Shown here: one piece after another, positions 26,274-39,954 of the stretch | How the letters are laid out: each line of letters opens with the position of its first letter | Position numbering within the stretch: position 1 is the stretch's first letter | DNA from: Neocallimastix sp. 'constans' | Lineage: Eukaryota | Direction: 5' to 3' | Assembly: GCA_050613775.1 (NCBI GenBank) | Contig: JBODTK010000102.1 | Coordinates: 372,001 to 436,000, forward strand | DNA length: 64,000 nt | Notes under the pieces: generated by a model | Told to the model about the DNA's origin: nothing | The model's database searches: none | What the model saw: only the letters and a program-made list of their open reading frames with translations | Made by a program: the position numbers and the translations under genes

Positions 26274-27854
26274 ATGAAAGAAAAATTTAATGAAATTAAA
26301 GAAGTGAATATGCAAAAAATTCAACAGAAGTATATAAAATTAAATAAAAGTTCTAAAAAATATAAAAAAATAGTTTCATTATTTAAAAATATTACTTTTT
26401 ATTTTATAATAATAATATCTTTTTTCATATATAAAAAACCATTTGAAAACAAATTACTAGAAAAGAATAAAGAAATAGAAAATATAAAAATACAATTAAA
26501 TAAAATAATAATAGAAAAAGATCAATTAAATTCAAAAATTCAAATACAAAATACTACACTTCAAAATCAAATTCTTTTATTACAGAATCAAAATACTAAA
26601 TATGAGAGTGATATTATTTTAAATAAAAATATTAATAATGAACTAAAATATAAATTAAAATTATATCAAAATGATTTAGAAAATAAAAATAAGGAATTTC
26701 AACATAAATCTGATATTTTTATGAAACAAATTACAAATTTTGAAAATATTGTTATTAGATATAAGAAAGAAATTAATGAAAAAGAATTTATTATTAATTC
26801 TTTAAGAGATCGTATTAACTTTAATGTAAAAGAATTAAAAGAAGTACAATCTCAAACTTTAAAAAATAATTCTACTAATCTATTAACTGAGAAGGAAAAC
26901 CACAACGAAAATAAATTATCTTTTCTTGACAAAGAATATTTATATGATAAAAATTTTTATAACGTATATAATATGGAATCAAATGAAACTTTTAATAAAC
27001 TAGGATATTCACTTGTTTTCCAAACTCATTCATTGGAAAAAGGATTATCCCATTTTAAATTAAGACCTTTTGGAGAGAATAAAATTAAATCAATAATAAA
27101 TACTTTGAAAGCAGAATTAAAATATAATAATCATGAACGTCATTTCTATTTTATTAATGGAATTAACACATTAAGAGAATACAAAAATATTTATGAAAAG
27201 TATAAGTGGACAAAAAGGTCTGAATATAAAATAGTAAAAAGATTTTTAAAATATTATAAACATATCGAAGAACAAAAAACTGGAGCATATATATTGACTA
27301 AAGAAGAATTAAAAAGTGATTATAACATTGATTATAAAAAATTTATTAAGTCAAGACATTCAACAAGAAATTACAAAAATTTAAAATTAAAATTTGATGA
27401 CATTAAAAAAGCAGTAGAAATGGCGAAATATACTCCTTCAGCTTGCAATAGGCAATATATTAAATTACATTATTACCCCACTGGTAAAATGAAGCAGAAT
27501 GTAATAGATTATAGTGTAGGAAAAGGTGGTTTATATTTAGAAGGTGTAAACACTTTTATTATTACATTTGATGTAAATGGTTTAAGAGGAGTGGGAGAAA
27601 GAAATCAAGGATATTTTAATGCTGGATTATTTTCAACTAATTTAGTCAATGCATTTCATTCTCTTGGAATTGGAACTTGCTTTATACAATTTAATAATTC
27701 TTCAGAGCAAGAAGAAAAATTAAAAAAAATTAATGATATTCCTTCAAATGAAAGAATTGCTGTTATTCTCTATGCTGGATATTATGATGATAAATCTATA
27801 TTTTCTAGAAGTCCACGAAGAGATTTTGAAGATTATTTTATTGAACATAAATAA
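26274..27854 (+). CDS. Nitroreductase-family flavoprotein with N-terminal membrane anchor and coiled-coil stalk, intronless
   Basis: KSRHSTRNY, AKYTPSACNRQ, SLGIGTC; preceding HSLEKGLS...RPFG segment; TM ITFYFIIIISFFIY; Q/K/E/L-rich coil around aa 57-190. Confidence 0.88.
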   Translation: MKEKFNEIKEVNMQKIQQKYIKLNKSSKKYKKIVSLFKNITFYFIIIISFFIYKKPFENKLLEKNKEIENIKIQLNKIIIEKDQLNSKIQIQNTTLQNQILLLQNQNTKYESDIILNKNINNELKYKLKLYQNDLENKNKEFQHKSDIFMKQITNFENIVIRYKKEINEKEFIINSLRDRINFNVKELKEVQSQTLKNNSTNLLTEKENHNENKLSFLDKEYLYDKNFYNVYNMESNETFNKLGYSLVFQTHSLEKGLSHFKLRPFGENKIKSIINTLKAELKYNNHERHFYFINGINTLREYKNIYEKYKWTKRSEYKIVKRFLKYYKHIEEQKTGAYILTKEELKSDYNIDYKKFIKSRHSTRNYKNLKLKFDDIKKAVEMAKYTPSACNRQYIKLHYYPTGKMKQNVIDYSVGKGGLYLEGVNTFIITFDVNGLRGVGERNQGYFNAGLFSTNLVNAFHSLGIGTCFIQFNNSSEQEEKLKKINDIPSNERIAVILYAGYYDDKSIFSRSPRRDFEDYFIEHK

Positions 27855-29446
27855 ATTATTAATATTAAAAAAATTTATTATTTATTATTTATTTTTAAAT
27901 ATTTTATACAAAAAATTTTTTTAATTATATTGTATTTTAATATTATTATATAAACAAAATTATATAAAATTATATGAATTTCAAAAAAAAAAATCCTTTT
28001 TTTTAAATTAAATTTAAAGTTTAAATTTTATTTTTTTAATATTAATTTAATTTTACTTAAATTATAAATTAAAAAGGTATAATAAGCCAAAAAAATTATA
28101 TAAAATTTAAAATTTAGCATGAAGAAATAAATTTTTATAATAAATTTTTAAAAATTATTAATATTAAATAATATTTATATAATTTAATTAATAATCTATT
28201 ATAAATGGTTCTTTGAGTATTTTTTTATTTAGTTTATTTTTAGATCTAATCTTTATATATATATAAAAGTTTTTATTTTTTTTTTGAAATAAAAGAATAC
28301 AAAAATTTATATTGGAATACTATTTATGACATATTTTATTTGGCATTACCATATTTAGTAAAGACAGTTTAAAATAAAAAAATATATTCTTACCATATTG
28401 TATAGTATCATATAACATTATTAGGCATCCAACAAGAAAAAGAAGAGAAATATCAATAGTAAATAAATAGTAAAAAGCATTTCATGAAATTTGTATCCAT
28501 TAAAAAATAATTTTTCTTTTAGGATATCACCTTATATATCGACATCCACCAAATATAATTTAAATGTATATCTAGAGGTAGACTTAAGCTGTTATGAAGA
28601 GAAAAAAAATCTACATTATATTATATTATTAATATGGGCCAAACATCAATAGCAAAATATTCAAACCTATAATAATGAGTATAAATACATATCTTTGAAA
28701 GTAATTTTTATAAATTAAATTATTATGCTCTAAATTGTGTATTGTTAAAAAATTTCTTAGAAGAAATATATATATAAAACAAAAAAAAAAAAAAAATTAA
28801 AATAGATAAAAAAGTAGTAATTTACAACAATATAAATGAAATATTAATTATAAAATCTAATAATGTAAATTTAATATATTTCATAATAAAAGTGTTGAAA
28901 ATTGAAAATTGAATTAATTTAGAATGTATTAAATATGAAATTAATAATATCATTTTAAAATAATTTATTTTAATAAATCCATAAAATATAAAATCATATT
29001 TTTAATTTATAATGCTATTTAGTTTTTTAATCAATTTTTATTATATTTTATCTTAATAAAAATATGAAATTTACATTAACAAGTATATCTAAAATTATTA
29101 AAATTTAAAATAAATTTTTGTTTAAATTTTTGATAAATTTTAATTCTAAGATTAAGAATTTCAATTTCGATTGATTGAATTATATGAAATTATTTCATAT
29201 ATAAAAATGGTAAATAAAATTAAATTATTTAAAATTAATATTTAAATATTAATTATTATTTATATATTTATATAAAAATTTTAGCAAACATCGTTTTCAA
29301 GCTAATATAAAATAAAATTTTATTGATTGAGAATTAAATAATATATGCAATTTAATATTTCATATTTACATTTAAATTATTTTTTTTATTATAAAATATG
29401 AAAAACATTAACAAAATTGATACAAATATTAATGCTATAATTATTA

Positions 29447-29539
29447 ATATCAAAAGCTAAGTAGCTTTTGATATAAAATTGTTAAAAGTAGTTTAAATAA
29501 AATAAGTATTTTATTTAAACTACTTTTAACAATTTTATA
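29447..29539. repeat. Two abutting perfect palindromes (13-bp and 33-bp arms), both with an AG spacer
   Basis: Arms 29447-29459/29462-29474 and 29472-29504/29507-29539; both centred on TA-AG-TA. Confidence 0.92.
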
Positions 29540-29791
29540 CAATAAAATATTTTCATATAAATTATTAAATTTATTACATATTGAACTATAAATATTTATT
29601 AATAATAATTTATATTAAAATTATATTATTAAAAAGGTGTCATTACTAAAAATTGCAATTTATATTTTATAAGAAAATTGTATGCTTAATAATTTGTAAT
29701 CTTTTATTATGAATATATATTATTTCTATTTTAACATAATAATTGCTTACATTTCTGTTAAATAAGAATTTTTTAAATTTTAATTAAATTT

Positions 29792-31730
29792 TTATAAATT
29801 GGACTGCAAAAATTGTATACCTTCTTGACGTTTTTGTTCAATTATTTTATCAACTAATGAATAGTCAATTGGTGGTAATTTTTCCAAATTAACTTCGGTT
29901 AAATCGTAGAATAATCTATTCATAAGACCTAAATCAGACAATAACGATGTAAATCTTTCTTTACCTCTATTTTTATTACATAAACATATAAAATCTTTAT
30001 GAAATATAATAGAAAAACAAACCCCATGAAAGGAATCAGTAATTACACGCTGAGAGGATTGAATACCTTTTAAAAAATCGTTAATACTGGTATTTCCTAT
30101 GTTTATCCAATGTTGAATAGGATTTACTCTTTCTAGTATGGAATTAATTTGATTAGCTATTTTTTCTGATCTATCTAGAATATATATCAAATTAGAAGTA
30201 CTAAGATTCAGTGTTGATCGATCCAATAATTTATTCCAATAGTTGTTTTTTAAATAGAATACAGGATCAAATATTGCTTTGGCCTCTGCCTTAAAAGTAT
30301 TTTTACATATTTTTACACCACTTTTTTCACGAACTGTGATTTTATTAAAAGATTTAATATACTTTCTAATTTTTCTTAATAGTTTCCGAGATCCTTCCCA
30401 ATGATCTGTACCAAAACTAGCTGCGCATGCAATTTTATTTTTATTTTTTTCTACGAAAGAAAGAAAAAAAACTTCGTATGAATTTTTTGTATACTCATAA
30501 CGCCAAACCTGGTCACTTCCAACAACAAAATTATTATAATATTTGTTTAATGATTTTAATTTATCTATATTTCCATTATATCCATTGATTCCTCCAGAAA
30601 ATAGGTTTTCATCAATAAATTGAGTAAATGAAATTTTATCAATTGCTTTTCCAATCAAATATGGGTTATATCCTAACTTCAATAGAATTGTTTGTAAGGA
30701 GTATGCAGTTAAGATTGCACCATAATTTTTACCGTAAAAAAAATTAAAAATAGCAACATTCTTTTTTGTGTTTATTATTCGTGAATAAGCTTCTTTATAT
30801 CCTGTATTTTCTATTAAATAAAAAAATAACTTTTTGTTATAATACTCATATGACGGACGATACATAAGAGACAGATACTTTTTTGAGTAATATGGACGAT
30901 AACTTTCATTTAAACAGATTTTACTTAAAAATCCTTTCATAAAGTAATTAGTTGAAAGTGTTTCAGATAGACATTCTTGCTCAGAAGTAAAAGAATGTGA
31001 AAGATTCCCATAACCGTTTTCATCATTATTAACTAATACTGAAATTTCTTTTTTATTATTAAATGAGGTTTTTGCTAATCTCCATTTGCTATCTTTATCT
31101 GAACAATCAGTACTATTTATAGATGAAAGAGTATCATTATCACATAAATCATTTTTATTTTCATTTATTTTTCTTAACTTTAAATCATTTAAATATACTT
31201 GTTCCTCAGTAGTAAAATTTGTATCATTTTTTAATTCTTCATGAATTATTTTCTTTTTATTTTCATTTTCTTCTGATAAAGATTTATTTTCATGTTTTTC
31301 CAAATTATATTTTAAAATGCATTTACCAATATAATCGTTGTTCTTGGAGATATCACTATTTTAAATCATATTTTTATACCAATAAACAAATGAAATAATA
31401 ATATAGATATTTTTAGTTTTAAATTTAATATATTTAATTTATGTGTATATAAAACTTTCTTACTGATTTTCTAAATTATCATTTTTCTTTTTAGTAGTTT
31501 CACTTATTTTTCCTTCGGAGCTATTATTACATAATAACAAATTTAAATGTAAAATAAAAAGTATAATAATAAATATATTAATATTTTGCAATAAATTATA
31601 ATTTTTATTTTTATATAAAAACAATATTTAATAGTTACTATAACGGTATTTCATTTTCATTTTTTTCACTACGAAATGTTAGTATCAAAGTAAAATTGAA
31701 TAAAAATAAAAAATAAAATTTCAATTTCAT
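29792..31730 (-). CDS. Polysaccharide pyruvyltransferase-family protein; 3 exons (31730-31639, 31520-31464, 31355-29792), ~570 aa, signal peptide
   Basis: NYGAILTAYSLQ, VVGSDQVW, AASFG, VREKSG, DPVF, ITDSFHG. ATG at 31730 gives MKLKFYFLFLFNFTLILTF; introns gtaact..aatag (118 nt) and gtaaga..aatag (108 nt) splice in frame. Confidence 0.9.
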
Positions 31731-32788
31731 TGTAATTTTTAATTATTACCAATAGATTAATTATATAACTATATATAAAATATTATTTTCATAGTTTTAA
31801 AAGATAAAACTATAATTGATTAAAATAATTAAAAAAAATTAAATATATTAATTAAAATTTTTTTTCTTTTATAAATATTTTTTTGTTTTTTAAACAAATA
31901 AGTATTAAAAAAATTTAAATTTTTTAATTTAAATAAATTATTAAATTTTTTGTTATTTATATTAAAATATTTTAAAAAAAATAATTCATTAAATGATTTT
32001 GAATATTTTTTATTCTCTTTGATTAATAAAATATAGAGAAATTAAACCTATATTTTCTATAAATTTGAAAATAAAATATTTATATATTTAAATGAATAAA
32101 TTACTAAAAAAAATTTTTTTTAAAATGAATAAATTACTAAAAAAAATTTTTTTAAATAATTAATAAACTATCAATCAATTGTTCCTTTATGAAAATTTTC
32201 AAATGTGAATTAAATTTTAGTTTAATAATTTTAGAAAGTTTAAAATAAAATTAAAAAATGAATATTTTATAGTTAAAATATATTTGAATAAATAATTTTA
32301 TTTAAAAAGTTATTTTTATATTTTAATATAAATTATTATATTTACTCAAAAAATAAATATAATAAATTAATATTATTAATTAAAAATATTTTGTTGAGTT
32401 TTAATTTATATGTATATAATATGATTAAAACTCATGAAAATATTTACAAATAAATTTATTTTAAAATTGAGAGTTTATTTTTATTAAAAATATTAACATA
32501 TAAATAATTTACGTAGTGTTTTTTTTTAATATTTATATATATTATATAATATTTTGAATTTTTATTTTAATTATTAATATTTTACATTTATTTAAATTAG
32601 TTTTATCAAACATATATTTGTAATAGATTTCATATTTTCATAACAATATAATTTGTTATTTATATTTTTATTATTTTTGAGTAAATTAGAATAAATTTTA
32701 GCAATCTTATTTATTACATTTATATAAAAAATAAATAAACTATAATTTTTCAATATAATAAATATATTATTATATTATTACTTGATAA

Positions 32789-33440
32789 TTCCCCTCAAAT
32801 CCAACAATAGAGAAACGATATGTTGGATTTAATTCAATTATAATTTATTTTTTGGAGTAATGAATTTCTTAATTAATTCATTAATTAATTATTTTTATTT
32901 TTGTGAATATATCAATAAGATTTTCTTCCGCTGTGATATACTTCAGCTTATTTCTTTTTTTTTTTTTATGAAATCTCTTATGTAATGATAATTAATGTCT
33001 ATATTTTTCGACCTCGGATTTATATATTTATTTTTACAGCAGCAAATCGCTGCCTTATTATCGAAATTGATAGGTACATGGTTAATATTTATATTTTTTA
33101 TATTTAAACTATTAATATATACAAACCGTGTTTATCACAATCGCTTACACTAAAATATTTATTTTCAACAATTGCGATTGTCACAAATTTCTGAAATTTT
33201 TATTATCAACTAAAATTAGAAAAATCAATCATCATTAAAAATTTCAAAGATGATCTTCTTGCATTAAAATCCCTTTCATAATCAGCATTTACAAATATTT
33301 TTACATATTTCTGTTTTGTGAAGTTGACTCTATCATATATTGTATATTTCTGGTATTTAAATATTAATTCAATATTTATTCAATCTTTAAAAGAAGTATT
33401 TTTATTCCTTCTCGCTGACCTCTTAGCAACAATCATTAAA
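32789..33440 (-). mobile_element. Decayed Copia RT/RNase H 3' fragment
   Basis: Minus-strand FVNAD-like and DNKA RNase H motifs; PPT (reverse complement ttcccctcaaa) near 32789. Confidence 0.65.
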
Positions 33441-33689
33441 TTTTGTTAATAAAAATTTTTTATAATAAAAATTTAAAAATAATAATAATTACTATAAAAA
33501 TAATATTAATAATTTTATTAACAATAATTCATATAGCAAAAATTTAATTATTAAAGAAATATTAAGAGAATATTAAATTTATAAATAATAATATATTATT
33601 GATCATTTCAAACTTAATACTGATAATAAAAATATTATTATTAATTTAAATAATAAAATTTCAAGAAAATTTTACTTTTCTTACTTTTC

Positions 33690-34370
33690 TCTATCTTAAA
33701 AAGGCTATGATTCAGTACCTATCTTTAATATTATGACCAGTTTATATAAATTAAGAATTATAGGTAAATGTCATCTGTTTTTAATGAATCTTTATCTATC
33801 CTCTAAAGCTCGTGCTTTTTTTAATGAGAATCTTTAAGAAGAATTTTCGATTAATCGTGGAGTTATACAAGGATGCCATCTATCATCTGTTTTATTTAAT
33901 TTGTTCATTAATGATGTACTGGATAATTGTGATAAGTATGGTGAATATTTAGATTCTCAATATTGTTGTGGTGTACTTTTTGCGGATTATACTGTATTAG
34001 TTGTTCTATCTAAACAAGCTCTTAAGAAAATTTTGAATAAAGTTAATGAATAGGCTATTAAAAATTAAATGACTTTTGAAATTAATAAGTGTGCTACTCT
34101 TGTTGTAAAACCGATTAACTTTGTTAAACAGATAAATTATGAATATCCATCTTTCTTAATTGGTAGTAACAAATTACCTAAAAATGACAACTATACTTAT
34201 CTTGGTATTCCTTTTGATGGATCTTTATCACTGAATCCTATACAATCCAAATGAAACAAAAATTTATATGTCAAGTTAAATTCGTACTTTAAATTTCTTA
34301 TTAATAAATCTATTCCTCTCCCATTGAAGAAATATGTTTTAATTTCGTTAATTATTAGTTCTCTTCAATA
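33690..34370 (+). mobile_element. Non-LTR (LINE) reverse transcriptase relic
   Basis: KAYDSVP, GVIQGCHLSSVLFNLFINDV, LFADY (FADD-like), INKC and YTYLG motifs, with stops. Confidence 0.85.
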
Positions 34371-35667
34371 TTAACTATATTAATTATTCAATATAATATC
34401 AATCAAATATATACTTAAAAAAAAATATAATTATATTTAAGAATTATTTATTATTAATATAAAATTCTTTTATATATATAATATGTATAATACAATCAAT
34501 TAAATATGTAAATCTATAATAATAATTAAAAATAATTTTAAAAAAATGAATAAAAATTGATCAACATTATTAAAAACTTATAAAAATATGATAAAGTCTC
34601 CAATTCTTTAATAATATTATTATATAATAAATTATTATATTATTATTTAGTTTTCTATATTTAAATATTAATTTTTAAAAATTATAATTTATATAATTGA
34701 AATTTTAAAAATATTAATAGAATTATTTATTACACTGTTAATTATTATATATTACCGTAATAAAAAATAGGAAAAGTGAACAAAAAATATATAAAATGCA
34801 TTCTAACCTATAGGAACGTATTAAAAATTATATAATCAAAAATAAATATAAAATTACTTCTCAATTTATTAAGAATTATTAATAATATAAATTTTAGAAA
34901 AAAATAATATCTTGAATATATATTACAAAAAAAAAAGAAATAAAAAATATATAAAGTAAATTAATAACATTGTCAATGAAAAAGTTAAATTAAAATTTAA
35001 AGTACACTACAAAATAGTATTCTTCAAAATCAAATTACATTATTACAAAATTAAATTAAGGAATAAAAACATAAAACTAATAATTTTGAAAATATCATGA
35101 ATATCTATACGAACCAGGTTCTACTCTGGATGTTAGTACCTTGGCAAGCATACATAAGGTTCCTGTTTCGAACTTGTTAGAATATAAAAAAAATAAATTC
35201 TTAATAATGACTTTAATATATTTTACCCAATCAGAATATTATTATATTTAAATAAAATTATAAAAGAAATAAAATGTAACCTTGTTAAAAACATATACAC
35301 TTTTGTAATCATAAAAAATAAAGATAAATAAAATTAAATATTAAGTATTATATATAAAATGTTATTCTAAAAATATATCTAATTTTCTCAATATTTGTTT
35401 TTGGTGCTTAATAGATTAAGAGTCTCAGTCTACAACTGAGCTTAACCATAAGTTAAGTTTTAATTTACATAATTAATATATAAATATATTCATCTTATAA
35501 ATAAATTGAACTAACGCTTTCTTATTTTTAATATTAAAAATCATTTTTATATTTATCAATAATAACATCTAATTTTGAATTATCAAAGAAATAATTTAAT
35601 TAATTATGAATCTACATAATTAACTTTGTTATTTTCATAATAATTAAATCAAAATATATTATCAAAA

Positions 35668-35721
<54 letters not shown>

Positions 35722-35788
35722 TGAGGGATTAATACAATTTAATAATATCATTATTCATTCATTGTATATAAAAATATACATATATATT

Positions 35789-36123
35789 ATAGTCAGTCAA
35801 ATTATAATTCAAACTGAAAAAATAATATAGTCAGTCAATTATAATTTGAATTGAAAATTAGTATTATCAATAAAATTTTATATTGAAATAAAATAAAAAA
35901 AAAAAATTAATAATAAAATAAAATAATAAAATAGTCAGTCAATTATAATTTGAACTGAAAATCATATGGTCAGTCAAATAATTAATTTGAACTGTAAAAA
36001 TAGTATAGTCAGTCAAATTATAACATGAACTGAAAAATGACATAGTCAGTCAAATAATTAATTTGAACTGAAAATCATATGGTCAGTCAAATAATTAATT
36101 TGAACTGAAAATATTATTGTCAA
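35789..36123 (+). repeat. Tandem repeats (tagtcagtcaa...tgaactgaaaa) in the Copia 5' leader
   Basis: About seven or more gtcagtcaa-containing units. Confidence 0.8.
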
Positions 36124-36817
36124 TTATTAACAATAAAATTAAAAAAAAAAAAAAAAAAACATATATATTTTTAATTCCAATATTAATAAATGTAAATCAA
36201 GTATAAATACCTTTTTCAAACATAAAAAACCAATAATATAAATGTTTAATTAAATTAATTTCAAATAGCATAATGAAAAATATTACATTAAAAAATAAGA
36301 TAAAAATAGAAACCAATCATAATTCTGAAATATATTATTTTATAACCTTTTTTTATTAAGTAATAAATATAACTTAACCAATTATCAAAAATATATATTA
36401 TTAAAGTTCATTATAAATTATCAAGGAAATATTTAACAATATATATTTCAATTTACATTTATTTAATGAAAATAGAATAAGGTTTTAATCAATATATTGA
36501 ATATGTATAAATAAACAATCCAGACATACAACATATCCCTCATCAATTATTCTTTAAAATTTAAAAAAAAAAAAAAAAAATATTCGCATAATATAAAATA
36601 TTAATAAATTATTAAAAAAAAAATAAATTAATTTAAAATTCTCCACAATGGCTAACACAAGAAGAAACAATAGAAATGAAGTAATTACCACTGAAGAACC
36701 CATTGACATCAGGCCAATCAAAGAATATTATCAATTAAATCGAACCAATCTAATACATTTAAATTTTGGATTTCAACTCAACCATTAAATTTTCAAAACA
36801 ACCAACATAATAATAAT

Positions 36818-37672
36818 TTGGTTGAAATCAATTATACACATTTAAAATCAATTGATAAACTAAATTTATGGCACCGTCGTTTTGCCCATTTTAATATCAA
36901 TAGTATCAAAAATAAAATTTTAAAAATCAACATAAACTCAAAGTGCCCTATTTGTAGTTATTCAAAACTTAAAAATAAGCCCTTCAAATCATCACATAAT
37001 AGAGCCAAAAATATATTTCAACTCATACAAATGGATCTTATAGGTCCAATACAAAACTCTATCTATGACAATAAATATATCTTAACCATTTTGGATGACC
37101 ATTCAAGATTTGGGTGGACTCTCTTTATGAAGAGTAAATCAGAAACTTTTTATTACTTCCTTAATTGGTTTAATAAAATAAAAAATCAATTTAACAAAAG
37201 AATTCAATATATCCGTACAGATAATGGTACCGAATTTAACAACAAAAATTTCAAACAATTTTGCATTGACTTTGGAGTACAACATCAATTTACTGTTCCC
37301 TACCACCCACAACAAAATGGTAGGATTGAACGATTCAACGGCACTATAATCAATTCTGCAAAGTCAATGTTAAATGACGCAAAACTTAGCTTACAATTTT
37401 GGGAAGACGCCGTCTCTACTTCGAACTACATTCATAATCGAATCCCTCATAAAGGGATAAATAATAAAATTCCATATGAACTTTTAACCAATAACAAAGT
37501 TGATTATTCAAACATACGTGTCTTCGGATGTAAAGTTTTTTATTATGTTCCAAAACTATTCCGTACCAAATTTCAAAATAACTCATCTCCTGGCATATTC
37601 TTGGGGTATGTTGATAATCCCACAGCATACAAAATTCTTGATATAACAAATAATAAAATTATAATTTCATGA
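36818..37672 (+). pseudogene. Copia GAG-pre-integrase plus rve integrase, premature stop
   Basis: LWHRRFAH, CPIC, MDLIGP, RTDNGTEF, QQNGRIER; TGA at 37670 interrupts S*NVEFFE. Confidence 0.9.
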
Positions 37673-38503
37673 AATGTTGAATTCTTTGAATTTACACGAG
37701 GAAATTCACATTTATCTCATTGCGATAATGACATCTCAAATTTTATTCCCAATAATATAATAAGGAGGAATAATAATACCTACTTTTATGATAACACGTA
37801 TGATATAAACCATGGCAAAGACTTCAATAATACTAACAATAATAATCCGTATTATCAATATAATAACAATAAGTCAAATAATATTCAAATATTAGACAAT
37901 AATACTCAAATAAATGAAAATAATATACCAAGTAAAAACATTCAAATAAAAAATAAAAGAAAATATAACAAAAGAAGAAACAACAATAATAACAACACCA
38001 AAAATATTAATAATAATCAAAACAAAGATTATAATAATAATATAGAATCTCAAGATAATAACATTGACAACAACGACAATAATAACAATAACACAAGTAA
38101 CAATAAAATTAATAACAACGATAACACAAACAGCAACAACAACACTACCAACAGCAATAATAACAAAATAAATAATAATATTAATAAAAACGACAATATG
38201 ATCACTGTCAGTAATAAAAACAATCATAATAATTGAAATATAGACAGATATAATTCAAACAATAATAAAGATAACAACAATGAACAACGAATCATTAATA
38301 ACTTAACGAATAACAAATTATTTAATATAGAATCTTCCATACATTTAGGAAAAAGAAATAGAAATGAAAACTTCATATTAAATTCAAATAACAAAAAACA
38401 AAAATCATTAAAAGAATTACGCGAACCAAATAATTATGATGATATCTTTAATTTAAATGATAAAAATGAATGGTTAAAATCAGTTGATAATGAACTCGAC
38501 AAT

Positions 38504-39954
38504 ATGAGAAATCTAAAAGTATATGAAACAATTGATAAAATACCTAAGAACGCAAACTTAATATCATCAAGATGGATTTTCAAATTCAAACGAAACTCGA
38601 ATGGAGAAATAATCAAAAGAAAATCAAGATTAGTAGCAAAGGGATTTACGCAAGAATACCGCATAGATTATAAAGAAACCTTTGCACCTACCTTAAAACA
38701 GGATTCAATAAGAATCTTTACAGCAATTGCCACTCAGAACAATTTTGAAATAAACCAAATAGATATAACTGCCGCCTATTTAAATGCTGAATTAAATGAA
38801 GATTTATATATGAAACCACCCAAAGGACATGAAGATTACAATAAGAAATTTTGGAAATTGAAGAAGGCAATATATGGACTGAAACAAAGTGGTGCCAAGT
38901 GGAATGATAAATTAAATGGCTATCTTATAAAAATTGGATATAAAAGACTTATAAGTGAACCTTTTCTGTACGTTAAATTTAATAAAGGAAAACTTTTAAG
39001 TATGTTAGCTATATATGTGGATGATATTTTAATATCAGGATCAAAGAAAACAATAGAAAGTGTAAAATTATTAATTGAGAAAAAGTTCAAAATGAAAGAT
39101 ATAGGTAATGTTGATTATATTATTGGAATAAAATTTACAAAACATAAAAATGGTTACTTTTTACATCAACACAGATATATAGATGAATTACTTTCTAAGT
39201 TTAATATGAAAAATTGTACACCTCTTAGAATTATGACTCCAATTGAAAATGAAGATCTTAGGAAGGTAAAAGTAGATGAAACAAAATATAGAAGCATAAT
39301 AGGAAATTTATTATATCTCAGTATATGTACAAGACCCGACATTATCTTCTCAGTATCAAAAGCAGATAGAAGGGCAAAGGAACCAAATATGGAAGACTGG
39401 AATAACGTAATGAGAATATTAAGATATTTAAAAGGAACTAAAAAATATGGAATAAATTTCACAAATAATCCGAATGTTAAAGCGTATGTCGATTCGGATT
39501 ACGGAGGTGACTTGGAAACTAGACGTTCAACAACAGGATTCTTAATAAAATTCACGGTGCACCAACAAGCTGGTGTTCAAAGTTACAAAAATCAATATCG
39601 ACTTCAACAGCCGAGTCCGAATATTACAGTCTTAGTGAATGCGGTAAACAATGTATATGGTACTTAAATTTATTCGAAGAATTGAACTTAAATATTAAAA
39701 ATATTGAAGTAAATGTTGACAATAAAGCAGCTATTTATAACGCTACAAATCAAACTATCAACCCAAAAACTAAACATGTAGACATTAGGGTTCATTACAT
39801 AAGAGAAATAGTCAAAGAAAATAAAATCTATCTTAAATATATAAAATCTGTAAACAATCTCGCTGATGGGTTTACGAAGTATTTAAATGGGACATTAATG
39901 GATAAATTTAGAAATTCCTTATTAACAAAAATTGATGATTTATATTTTATTTGA
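38504..39954 (+). pseudogene. Copia RT (RVT_2) and RNase H, frameshifted near 39550
   Basis: KSRLVAKGF, QIDITAAYL, IYGLKQS, YVDD, YVDSDY, VDNKAA, NLADGFTK. Confidence 0.9.

Noticed and set aside
28320..28760. Slightly GC-richer stretch between nitroreductase and pyruvyltransferase
   Set aside because: No sustained reading frame or motif recognised.
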